64,000 nucleotides of DNA from Bacteriovoracaceae bacterium (GTDB lineage: Bacteria; Bdellovibrionota; Bacteriovoracia; Bacteriovoracales; Bacteriovoracaceae), in the NCBI GenBank assembly GCA_048270185.1, contig JBLWTJ010000001.1:992001-1056000 (forward strand). The letters are read 5' to 3'. Position 1 is the stretch's first letter; each line of letters begins with the position of its first letter. Below the pieces are notes generated by a model, which was not told the DNA's origin, ran no database searches, and worked only from the letters and a program-made list of their open reading frames with translations. Of this stretch, positions 37,090-45,824 are shown piece by piece. Both the position numbers and the translations under genes were made by a program.

Positions 37090-37488
37090 TTACTCACTAA
37101 AAATATTATGTCTAAAATCAGCGTCGTAATCACCAGATTTGATATTTAGAAGTACGAATACTGAGTCGGCTCCGTAGTTTCCATTATAAACAGACTCAAT
37201 TCTGATATTATACACAACACATTCCTCGGCCTTAAAACATCCTCTGATATTAGCAATTGCACTCTTAGATAGACTCTCATCAAATGATCGGTTTAAATAA
37301 GCATCAAAGTTATCCTCTGATACGACAAAGAAATTTGAGTTAACACGTTTGTGACCGGCTTTCCAAAGGTACTTCCTTTCCACCTTGGCCACGAATGAAA
37401 TAATATCATCTTGAGCTTTTTGATCTAAGTAACTAGAAGCAAAGACAAGACTATTAAGAGCAAGGGCAATAATAATAAAGATTCTCAT
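37090..37488 (-). CDS. Secreted hypothetical protein
   Basis: Signal peptide VFA, AGGAG SD. Confidence 0.75.
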   Translation of the reverse strand: MRIFIIIALALNSLVFASSYLDQKAQDDIISFVAKVERKYLWKAGHKRVNSNFFVVSEDNFDAYLNRSFDESLSKSAIANIRGCFKAEECVVYNIRIESVYNGNYGADSVFVLLNIKSGDYDADFRHNIFSE

Positions 37489-37576
37489 AATAAACTCCTA
37501 TCGTTTCTCAACTTTATATAGAAGTTATATGCCTAGTGGATAAATATGAATATTAGAATAAAAGAATACAGCCTAT

Positions 37577-38428
37577 CTAATTTTTGGAGACATAAAAATT
37601 GACGACTCGTCCCTCTTGCTTGTTACTGTCATGACCTTCTAGCATCTCTAAACCATCAAGGGAATTTAAGGCACTTAGCATAATTTCATCCCAACCAGAA
37701 ATAAAGAGCAGGTAGAACTTTGCTCCAGAATCGATGAGGTCCTTAAAGTGTGAGATCAGTCGAGGTACATTATCCGTTCCTACTGAATCATAGAGGTAGT
37801 AAGCATCGTAGCCCGCAAACGCTTTAGGGTTTTCTAAGAAGTCACAAGTTTTAAACTTAAGATTATCGAGCTTGAACTCGGAGGCCAATTTATTTGTAAA
37901 TTGCACACGTTCGTCAACAAGCTCTAGTCCGAGGTAATTAAGTTTACTCTTAATTTTTAGGGCCAAGTAAAGAAGTGCTCGTCCTGTACCTGATCCAAGA
38001 TCACATAGAGATGTTATTTCAGGGTGTGCATTTATAAACTCAACGAGAAGGTCGAGATCATCATAACAAGCAGTATAGACATGGTAGTTTTCACCAAAGA
38101 TAATATTATTATCATCTCCATTACACTCATTACCCTCTTCATATTCTTCAGGATAGAGATGCTCAATATCGATTACTTTAAGAAGACGATCATAAATAAG
38201 ATCACGAAAGCTTGGATCAAACTGACCTGCTGTAATTACATTCTTTACCAGGGTCATAATCTCACCCACTGTCTCAAAATCTAAATTATCAAAATAGGCC
38301 TCTTTTAGAACAAGAGCATCACGACGATTAATCTTACAGATTTTATTAAGAAATTTACTTTGGTCAGCTAACGGTCTTGATAAGACTTGCTGCCATCTCT
38401 TTTGAGGGTTTAAAAATTGGAAGAACAT
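37577..38428 (-). CDS. Class I SAM-dependent methyltransferase (DOT1-like)
   Basis: CDLGSGTGR, GLEL...R, CDFL, YLY. Confidence 0.8.
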   Translation of the reverse strand: MFFQFLNPQKRWQQVLSRPLADQSKFLNKICKINRRDALVLKEAYFDNLDFETVGEIMTLVKNVITAGQFDPSFRDLIYDRLLKVIDIEHLYPEEYEEGNECNGDDNNIIFGENYHVYTACYDDLDLLVEFINAHPEITSLCDLGSGTGRALLYLALKIKSKLNYLGLELVDERVQFTNKLASEFKLDNLKFKTCDFLENPKAFAGYDAYYLYDSVGTDNVPRLISHFKDLIDSGAKFYLLFISGWDEIMLSALNSLDGLEMLEGHDSNKQEGRVVNFYVSKN

Positions 38429-38508
38429 ATTAAGAACTTAGCCTTTTAGAGCTCAAAAGGCCCGAAGTATTTTTACCTTAAAATTTACGAACGATTAAAG
38501 GAATTAGC

Positions 38509-39240
38509 TTATATACTTGTAGCAATCGTGTATGAGAGATGTTCATACTTTAGTGCTAACTCATCATTATAGTCTTCAAGCAGTGGCCATAGCTCGTCTC
38601 TATAGTTGGGACCAAATATATTTATAGTGCCTTCACTTACGGACTTATTATAACCTACTAGCTCTTTATTAACTTCAGCGACTTTCTTTATATAGAGCTT
38701 ACGCTCATTTTCAGTTAGTTGATGTGAAGTAAAATCGGCCGTTAAAATACTTGCAAACTTAGCTTGTCTCTTTAGAGCATCTCTATACTTGGGGATCTTA
38801 TTCAATCTATCAATTAAGTCGATATGTGCTAAGACCTTCTTCTTGGCCTCGTTTTCGTTTCTATCTTTTAAAAGATAGTAATCATATATTCGACGGTATA
38901 GTTCAAGTTGTACCTCTTTCCAATTAACACCCTCAGCATCAATTCCATCTTTATCAACAACAACCATCAATAATAAGCTATCTATTTTGTTATTGAAGTG
39001 ATTATTGATTTCTTCAATAGAGTCGCTTTTCTTCTCTTTGTTCTCTTTGTTCTCAATTTTCTTAGCTTTTATTGTATATTTTTCAGATAATAATTGATGA
39101 TTCGATTCATTAACATTGATATTGGAAGGAGGTGATGAAGTTTCTTTATTAACAGTAATATCTTTTTGATTTGAAAAGAAATTAAAAATAACGATAAAAA
39201 TAATTGCTAGGCTCACACCTAAGAAGATAGATTTTTTCAT
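38509..39240 (-). CDS. Membrane-anchored hypothetical protein
   Basis: N-terminal TM helix and low-complexity linker; ATGA overlap with the upstream kinase. Confidence 0.7.
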   Translation of the reverse strand: MKKSIFLGVSLAIIFIVIFNFFSNQKDITVNKETSSPPSNINVNESNHQLLSEKYTIKAKKIENKENKEKKSDSIEEINNHFNNKIDSLLLMVVVDKDGIDAEGVNWKEVQLELYRRIYDYYLLKDRNENEAKKKVLAHIDLIDRLNKIPKYRDALKRQAKFASILTADFTSHQLTENERKLYIKKVAEVNKELVGYNKSVSEGTINIFGPNYRDELWPLLEDYNDELALKYEHLSYTIATSI

Positions 39241-40598
39241 AATTCTTTAGAAATAGTAACTGTTGTACCTGTATTTAACTCGGATTCAAATTTCACGCTG
39301 AAGCCTAGCTCCCGGCAAACTTTTTTTAAAATGAAAAGTCCTAAGCCTCTCCCCGTCTCACCTTTTGTCCCGCTAGTGCTTTGGAAGACTTGATCGGTAT
39401 TACGATTCATTTCATGTAAGACTGACTCTTCAATACCAAGTCCCGTATCTGAACATGAAATATATATTTTTTCACTATCCTCATAGCAACTTATGACTAG
39501 ATTTGATTTTTCTTTTGAGAACTTAATTGCATTTTGAATAATATTACCAAGAACACTATCCTTGAGGGCCTCTTTATTTGTATGAATATGAACATCACGA
39601 TTAGGCTTATAGTCCAAGCTAATATTTATCTTCTTCTCACCTGCTTGTTCCTTATATTCAAATATTAACTCTTCTAAAGCTTCTTTTATTGAAACATCTA
39701 CTAATTTAAAAGAGCTCGAGTTCTCATCAATTACATTACGAGTATTCTCAATAATGCCCTTTACTGAATTATAATAAGTATCAAGTTTTTCAGCGGCTTT
39801 TTCATACTCCCCACGTCTTATGAGGCGCCTTACGTGCTCGACGATGAGCATTTTATTAGCAATGTCATGACTGATAATACGATTGGCAAGTAGTGCTTCT
39901 TTATGGGCCTCAGTGATTTTTTTCTCAATAAGCTCAAGCTCAAGATTCTTTTTTTCCAATTCGTTATTATGCTGAAGATTTGTGTAAATTAAGTTCTGGT
40001 AGTACTTATCAAGTTTGAAGATCCTAAGAATAAAGATTTGGAATGAAGCAAAGAAAGATGGAGAACTCATATGCTCATCAATATGGTAAGTGAGAACATT
40101 CCCCTCTTGGCTCGTTTTAATTTTCCAAACCATTGATTCAGACACTAATTTAGGAAGAGCAAGAAAGACAATCCGGTACATGTCAACAAAGACAGGAAAT
40201 ATATCATCCTCATCTTTAAAAGTGAGCTTAATATCAAATGTCTTCTTACCTGTTTTAATTAATTCGGCCGTCACTTGATCAGTATAAAAGGTTTTAAATG
40301 AGTATTTCAAAATAAAGTCGCCAACAAAGCGAAAACTAATCATGCGACTGAGAATATCGAGAACCTGTTTGACGAATTTATTTGTGAGCCCATGCTTCGT
40401 CATACCTTCATAGAATTTATTATATTTTCGATTAAGTGCCTCAGTTATGATTCGGTAATCATACCAAGTGATGTACTTATTCTCGTCTTTAATAGTAGTG
40501 TAATCGAAACCAAGGTTTTCAAAGAATAGGTTAGGCTCATCATTGTTTTCAATGATGAAGTTTATATAGGCATGGACGGCTTTATTACTAACGTTCAA
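39237..40598 (-). CDS. Sensor histidine kinase with an unusual soluble N-terminal domain
   Basis: SHDIAN, NIIQNAIKFS, DTGLG, GETGRGLGL. TTG start after GAGG. Confidence 0.88.
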   Translation of the reverse strand: MNVSNKAVHAYINFIIENNDEPNLFFENLGFDYTTIKDENKYITWYDYRIITEALNRKYNKFYEGMTKHGLTNKFVKQVLDILSRMISFRFVGDFILKYSFKTFYTDQVTAELIKTGKKTFDIKLTFKDEDDIFPVFVDMYRIVFLALPKLVSESMVWKIKTSQEGNVLTYHIDEHMSSPSFFASFQIFILRIFKLDKYYQNLIYTNLQHNNELEKKNLELELIEKKITEAHKEALLANRIISHDIANKMLIVEHVRRLIRRGEYEKAAEKLDTYYNSVKGIIENTRNVIDENSSSFKLVDVSIKEALEELIFEYKEQAGEKKINISLDYKPNRDVHIHTNKEALKDSVLGNIIQNAIKFSKEKSNLVISCYEDSEKIYISCSDTGLGIEESVLHEMNRNTDQVFQSTSGTKGETGRGLGLFILKKVCRELGFSVKFESELNTGTTVTISKEL

Positions 40599-40600
40599 CT

Positions 40601-40642
40601 TAATCCTCGTAATTATAAATTTTACAACACAAACGAGGATTA
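40601..40642 (-). promoter_or_regulatory. Perfect 10-bp inverted repeat covering the kinase SD
   Basis: taatcctcgt 40601-40610 / acgaggatta 40633-40642. Confidence 0.65.
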
Positions 40643-40699
40643 TCCTAGAAAACTTCTGCTAAAATTTTATGAAATAGTGCGCTACAATTTTTGTACTTA

Positions 40700-41479
40700 T
40701 TACTTACCTCGAGCACCAGATGGGCCACCTAGAAATTCATGTCTAATCGCTGCTGGATCTTGTCTTACTTTGCTTTCAATTTTACGTGAGATATCGCCGA
40801 GGTCACTATCTACTCTCTTATACTCATAGCCATGACAATTTACATTTTGATCACCTACTGCAAAATCAGAACACTCATTATTAGCGGCAATATCTCTCTT
40901 CTTTTTTGCTTCATCCATATAGAATTTAGCAAATTTCACACATTCATCTGGTGATGAATCTTTCATATTAAGACAGTTGTCATAGACCTTAATTCCTTCA
41001 TCTCCAAGCTGTTCGTGAACTTGCGCCTTAAGAGCAAATTGATGAGAAGTTTCTTGGCAGAATTTCTTATCATCAGAGGACTGAAGACAGCGTCTCATTC
41101 TAAACTCATAAGCGTCACAGGCATAGCTTGTAGCATATTTGCAGTTATCTTTCTTCGTAACTTTCTTGGTAACTTTCTTGGTAACTTTCTTGCTATCTTT
41201 CTTTACTGGCTTTGGTGAAGGTTTTGTTGAGCTTATGCCACACTTTACTTCTCCTGCAACAATACTTCCATCAACAAGACCTTCTGCGTTTCGGCCACAT
41301 TTTGTTTCCACAAGTTTTAAACGATAATTAGACTGACACACACTTCGGTCAATTGAATTCGTCTTTGTTCGACAAGCCTGTTGAACTTCTCTTACATGCT
41401 TTAAATGAGCTTCAGAGAATGTTTGTGCATAAGAAAATTGTAGTAAAAACAGTGCTGAACAAGTAAAAAAACGAAACAT
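40700..41479 (-). CDS. Secreted Cys-rich hypothetical protein with a Lys/Pro-rich linker
   Basis: Signal peptide, paired Cys, KPSPKPVKKDSKKVTKKVTKKVTKK. Confidence 0.75.
   Translation of the reverse strand: MFRFFTCSALFLLQFSYAQTFSEAHLKHVREVQQACRTKTNSIDRSVCQSNYRLKLVETKCGRNAEGLVDGSIVAGEVKCGISSTKPSPKPVKKDSKKVTKKVTKKVTKKDNCKYATSYACDAYEFRMRRCLQSSDDKKFCQETSHQFALKAQVHEQLGDEGIKVYDNCLNMKDSSPDECVKFAKFYMDEAKKKRDIAANNECSDFAVGDQNVNCHGYEYKRVDSDLGDISRKIESKVRQDPAAIRHEFLGGPSGARGK
41157..41192. repeat. In-frame 12-bp tandem repeat x3 (encodes KKVT)
   Basis: gtaactttcttg repeated perfectly three times. Confidence 0.95.
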
Positions 41480-41508
41480 TATATCCTCACCTTGAATTAT
41501 ATTAATCC

Positions 41509-41536
41509 ATATCGGTTATTGATGAGAATTACCTTA
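41509..41536 (-). promoter_or_regulatory. sigma28 (FliA)-like promoter
   Basis: TAAG-N16-ACCGATAT. Confidence 0.5.
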
Positions 41537-41655
41537 GTGTTTTAATCCGACATAACGAGAATTGCACATAAGTCACTGTATTTACTTAGAGAATCATACC
41601 AATAAATTAAGCTTTTATTAAATCGATGAACCCATTTTTCTGTTAAGATGTGAAT

Positions 41656-41750
41656 AGTGGTAGTTCTTGATGGAGAAAAATCGCTCTACGTACAGTACAT
41701 GTTACGTGTACGGCTTAACAAAAAAGCCCTTCTTAATGTAGGGCTTTTTT
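41656..41750 (+). ncRNA. Candidate small RNA, about 95 nt
   Basis: Extended -10 TGtTAAGAT 41641-41649, internal hairpin 41689-41712, terminator with U-tract, and no large + strand ORF. Confidence 0.35.
41720..41750. terminator. Bidirectional intrinsic terminator
   Basis: aaaaaagccct...agggctttttt just after the glsA stop. Confidence 0.85.
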
Positions 41751-41758
41751 GTTTTTAA

Positions 41759-42679
41759 TTAATAGATCGACTGCCCTGTATAAGTGGTAAAGAGTTCAAG
41801 GGCCTCAATTCCAGCAAGGGAGTTTCCTGTTTTATCGAGGCATGGTGACCAAGTTGAGATGGACATCTCATTTGGAATGACACCGACGATTCCCCCTCCG
41901 ACTCCCGACTTTGCAGGAATCCCCACGCGATAAGCGAAGTCACCAACAGAGTTATAAAGACCACATGTCATCATGATAGCGTTGAGTCTTTTATTCTGGC
42001 CCTTTGTTAGAATTTTCTTTCCAGTCCAAGGGTTTTGTCCATTGGAACTAAAGAGACGAAATGAACGAGCAAGATCAACACAGGTCATTTCAATAGAACA
42101 AATTGTCGAATAGATTTCAATAACTTTATCGACATCGTTTTTAATATTACCATAACTCTTCATAAAGTAAGCAAGAGCGAAATTACGATTTCCAGTAGCA
42201 AGCTCTGAATCCCTTACGGACTCATTGATATAAATATCTTGATTACCACTTAGCTCACGAACAAACTTTAAGACTTCATCAACTGGATCTTTATAGAGAT
42301 CAATTAGGGTATCGATTACAACAATGGCCCCTGCATTGATAAAAGGGTTACGTGGTATTCCCTCTTCATTTTCTAATAAGATAAGTGAATCAAATCGACT
42401 ACCAGATGGTTCAAGCCCTACTCGCTTCCATAGTTTTGAATCTAGTTTCTGATATGCCAGGACAAGAGTAAAAACTTTAGAAATCGATTGAATTGAAAAA
42501 GACTTTTGTGAATTGCCAATGATGTACTCATTCCCATCATTTGTACAAATCGACATGCCAAACTGATTAGGATCAATTTTTCCAAGCTCTGGAATATAAT
42601 CTGCTACTTTTCCCTTACCAATGAGAGGTGAAATTTCCGAATATATTCTTTCTAAAATTTGAGTGTACTTCTCTTCCAT
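41759..42679 (-). CDS. glsA: Glutaminase
   Basis: GKVADYIPEL, IQSISK, EPSG..F, NPFINAGAI, CGLYN, PAKSGVGGG. Confidence 0.96.
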   Translation of the reverse strand: MEEKYTQILERIYSEISPLIGKGKVADYIPELGKIDPNQFGMSICTNDGNEYIIGNSQKSFSIQSISKVFTLVLAYQKLDSKLWKRVGLEPSGSRFDSLILLENEEGIPRNPFINAGAIVVIDTLIDLYKDPVDEVLKFVRELSGNQDIYINESVRDSELATGNRNFALAYFMKSYGNIKNDVDKVIEIYSTICSIEMTCVDLARSFRLFSSNGQNPWTGKKILTKGQNKRLNAIMMTCGLYNSVGDFAYRVGIPAKSGVGGGIVGVIPNEMSISTWSPCLDKTGNSLAGIEALELFTTYTGQSIY

Positions 42680-42748
42680 AAAAAGAATATCTACTCTCAT
42701 AAGAGCAAACAGGCCATATGGCTTTCATAAAGTGAAAATATTTCATTC

Positions 42749-43339
42749 TTAAGCTTCAGAATGATTTGATCCGTAGTATCCATCTATCCACACTTTCTTT
42801 AATGCCTCATATAGGGCTTCGTTGATATGGAGAAGTTTAGAGTCGGCTTCCTGACCAAGAACATAAATCTGCTTTGCAAACTCACCAATAATAGGTGCTT
42901 CACTTGGCGCTAGTGCTGATATTTTATTAGGATAAGCTTCTTTTAATCGCTTACAGATACTCATTACCCTTTGACCGTGCTTATCTTTATAGGCGGCAAC
43001 ACCAAATGATCGACAGACAGCAGGACGAGTTTCATAATTGCTACAATAACCTTGAGTACCATCTTCGGATTTTTTCATATAGAAGATGCATTGGCGTGAG
43101 TTATTACTTTCTAATTGTTCAATTAACTCTTCAACACGATCCATACCCTCTTCTTCAAGAATTCTAAATGCCGTCGGTAACATTTCGTTTGTTGATGCTG
43201 AAATTTCCTGACTTAAACAGCAGGCACCACAACCACTAAGGCATCGAAGTCCGACGCTAGATTGATAACCTGAAAAGGTCTTGGCCGAATTAGCAAAGAT
43301 CGATTCGATATGCTCTGAGATTTCTCTATTAATACTCAT
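42749..43339 (-). CDS. YkgJ/CxxCxxCC family Fe-S or Zn cluster protein
   Basis: CLSGCGACC, CIF, CSNYETRPAVCRSF. Confidence 0.88.
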   Translation of the reverse strand: MSINREISEHIESIFANSAKTFSGYQSSVGLRCLSGCGACCLSQEISASTNEMLPTAFRILEEEGMDRVEELIEQLESNNSRQCIFYMKKSEDGTQGYCSNYETRPAVCRSFGVAAYKDKHGQRVMSICKRLKEAYPNKISALAPSEAPIIGEFAKQIYVLGQEADSKLLHINEALYEALKKVWIDGYYGSNHSEA

Positions 43340-43462
43340 AAAAACCTACACACGTAAAAATCGAGTGCATTCTATTCACAAAATATATCTTGGCAATCAA
43401 ATTTTAGAAAAAATGAATAAGCTATTGAAAATTCATAAACGATCAATGATAGCTATTATAAT

Positions 43463-43492
43463 AAAGCGCCCTTTTCGATAAAGGACGCATTT
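43463..43492. terminator. Hairpin after the pgl fusion gene
   Basis: gcgccctttt-cgat-aaaggacgc imperfect inverted repeat. Confidence 0.5.
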
Positions 43493-43502
43493 ATGAATAC
43501 TT

Positions 43503-45824
43503 TTATGCTACAGCAAGCTGAGGTTTAAGTTTTGCAATAACTTCAACAAGGTGCTTACAGACAAAATCCACTTCTTCTTGAGTCATCATTCCATGGAATG
43601 GTAATGCTAAGGTTCTTGTACTAATATCGATAGTATTCTCTAACCCTGAGACGTCAATATCAAAGTTTTTCATGAATGGTTGATCATGAATTGAATCAAA
43701 ATAAGCGCGAGCAGGGATACCTCTACTAGCGAGTTCATCGATTACGATATCGCGACTAACTCCACGTTCTAGTTTTACAACATAAACAAACCAGCTCATT
43801 GTTACACCCTCAGCAATAACTTGAAGACAAAGACCATCTTGACCTTTTAGGGCGTCATTATACATATGAGCAACACGTTCACGATCTTTTAATATTTGAT
43901 CGATTTTTCTTAACTGTGTAACTCCTAGAGATGCACTCAATTCATTCATGCGACAATTAAAGCCAAGAAATTCGTGCTTAAGCCATCCCCCCATGCTATT
44001 TCGCCCTTGATTTCTTAGGGCCCTAACATGATTTGCAACATCTTCGTCATCAGTAACAAGGATTCCTCCTTCTCCTGTTGTGATTTGCTTATTTGGATAG
44101 AATGCGAATGTTGATACATCTGCAAATGTACCTACCATCTTGTCACCAATTTTAGCACCTAATGCTTCACATGAATCATCAATAGTTTTAAGTCCATACT
44201 TTTTTGCTACTCGACAAATCTCTTGCCAATTAGCTGGATGGCCAAAAATATCTACCCCAAGAATAACCTTAGTTTTCTCAGTAATTTTAGATTCAATGTC
44301 TTTTGGACAAACACAGTGGGTTTCCTCTTCGATATCAGCAAAAACAGGAATTGCACCGGCATGTAAAATCACTGAAACAGAAGATACAAATGTATAAGAA
44401 GGAACAATTACTTCATCACCTTCTTTCACTCCTAAGGCGAGTAGCCCAAGGTATAAGGCTGAAGTTCCAGAGCTAACAGCAACTGCTTCTTTTACACCAA
44501 TATAATCTTGAATATTTCTTTCAAATTCTTCGACTTTTGGGCCTAGAGAAAGAACTCCACTTTCTAAAACAGAAACAACACCATCAATATCGTCTTGTCC
44601 AATAATAGGTTTGGCCATCGAGAGGTTGATATCCTCTCTTTTAAAATTTTTATTCACAGATAATCTCCTTGCAGGTTGACCAACGTAGGTCCCTGCTTCT
44701 TTAATATTTTTGATAACGCTAGAGTTAAGGCCAATAACAACATCACGGCAAACTTCGACAAGTGGTTTTACGACAGAGCCGGCTCCCACCATCACCATTT
44801 CGCCAATCTGAACACCTCCGCAAAGTGTTGCATTAGGACAAATATGAGCAAAATCCCCAACAACACAGTCATGTTCTACAATAGAACCAGTATTGATAAT
44901 GACATGATTTCCAATGACAGCATTTGGACCGATATAAGCACCGCTAAGAATAGCTGTTCCATGGCCAATAACTGCACTTTCATGAATAATTGCACTAGGA
45001 TGGATAATTGACTGCCAGTTAACCTTTAAGTCATTTGCCATCTTCTTTCTTATTGAATTGTTACCAATAGCAAGAAGCCCTCTCACTCCTTCGATATCTG
45101 TAGGTAGATAATCAGTGAGTTTAACATCGAGGTAAAAATCAACAGTTTGAATATTTTCTACTTTTTGATCGTAAATTGCATAAATATCAACCCCACTCTC
45201 TTGAGCTGCATATTGGACAGATAGAGAATGTCCTCCCCCTCCAAATAAATAGAAAGGATGATCAAATCTTTCCATCGTCTTTGATTTACTTGCATCAATT
45301 CCAACGGGCTTAATCATTTGCTTAATTGTCATTAGAATAATTTTGAGATCAAAGAGAAATGATTGCTTCTGAACGTATAACAGATCATATTTAAACTTAT
45401 TATTCCAAGTAAGTGAGTTACGACCTGAAACCTGTGCAAGACCAGTTAAACCAGGCTTAATATGGTGTCTTTTACTTTGCTCTTTAGAGTAGAAAGGTAA
45501 GTATTCTTTAAGAAGAGGTCTGGGTCCCACAACACTTAGATCACCAAATAAGATATTAAAAAATTCAGGTAACTCATCAAGGCTAAACTTTCTTAAAAAT
45601 TTTCCATATGTACCAATTCGTTCTGACTCATCTAATGAAGTATCAAGACTCATAGTCCTAAACTTTATCATTTTAAAGGTTTTACCTTTGTACCCGACTC
45701 TTTCTTGAACGAAGAAGATGGGTCTTCCTTGGATAACAAGACTAAGAAATGAAACCACCACTAAAACTGGTGAAACGAGAATAATTGAAAAGATTGAAAA
45801 AAGAATATCGAATGTTCTTTTCAT
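43503..45824 (-). CDS. Trifunctional PglC-like phosphoglycosyltransferase / PglD-like acetyltransferase / PglE-like DegT aminotransferase
   Basis: aa 1-187 KRTFD, KFRTM, SLDELP, VGPRP. aa ~190-388 GGGGH, NTGSIVEHD and hexapeptide repeats. aa ~398-773 SSGT, DSCEA, FYPNKQITTGEGG. Confidence 0.92.
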   Translation of the reverse strand: MKRTFDILFSIFSIILVSPVLVVVSFLSLVIQGRPIFFVQERVGYKGKTFKMIKFRTMSLDTSLDESERIGTYGKFLRKFSLDELPEFFNILFGDLSVVGPRPLLKEYLPFYSKEQSKRHHIKPGLTGLAQVSGRNSLTWNNKFKYDLLYVQKQSFLFDLKIILMTIKQMIKPVGIDASKSKTMERFDHPFYLFGGGGHSLSVQYAAQESGVDIYAIYDQKVENIQTVDFYLDVKLTDYLPTDIEGVRGLLAIGNNSIRKKMANDLKVNWQSIIHPSAIIHESAVIGHGTAILSGAYIGPNAVIGNHVIINTGSIVEHDCVVGDFAHICPNATLCGGVQIGEMVMVGAGSVVKPLVEVCRDVVIGLNSSVIKNIKEAGTYVGQPARRLSVNKNFKREDINLSMAKPIIGQDDIDGVVSVLESGVLSLGPKVEEFERNIQDYIGVKEAVAVSSGTSALYLGLLALGVKEGDEVIVPSYTFVSSVSVILHAGAIPVFADIEEETHCVCPKDIESKITEKTKVILGVDIFGHPANWQEICRVAKKYGLKTIDDSCEALGAKIGDKMVGTFADVSTFAFYPNKQITTGEGGILVTDDEDVANHVRALRNQGRNSMGGWLKHEFLGFNCRMNELSASLGVTQLRKIDQILKDRERVAHMYNDALKGQDGLCLQVIAEGVTMSWFVYVVKLERGVSRDIVIDELASRGIPARAYFDSIHDQPFMKNFDIDVSGLENTIDISTRTLALPFHGMMTQEEVDFVCKHLVEVIAKLKPQLAVA

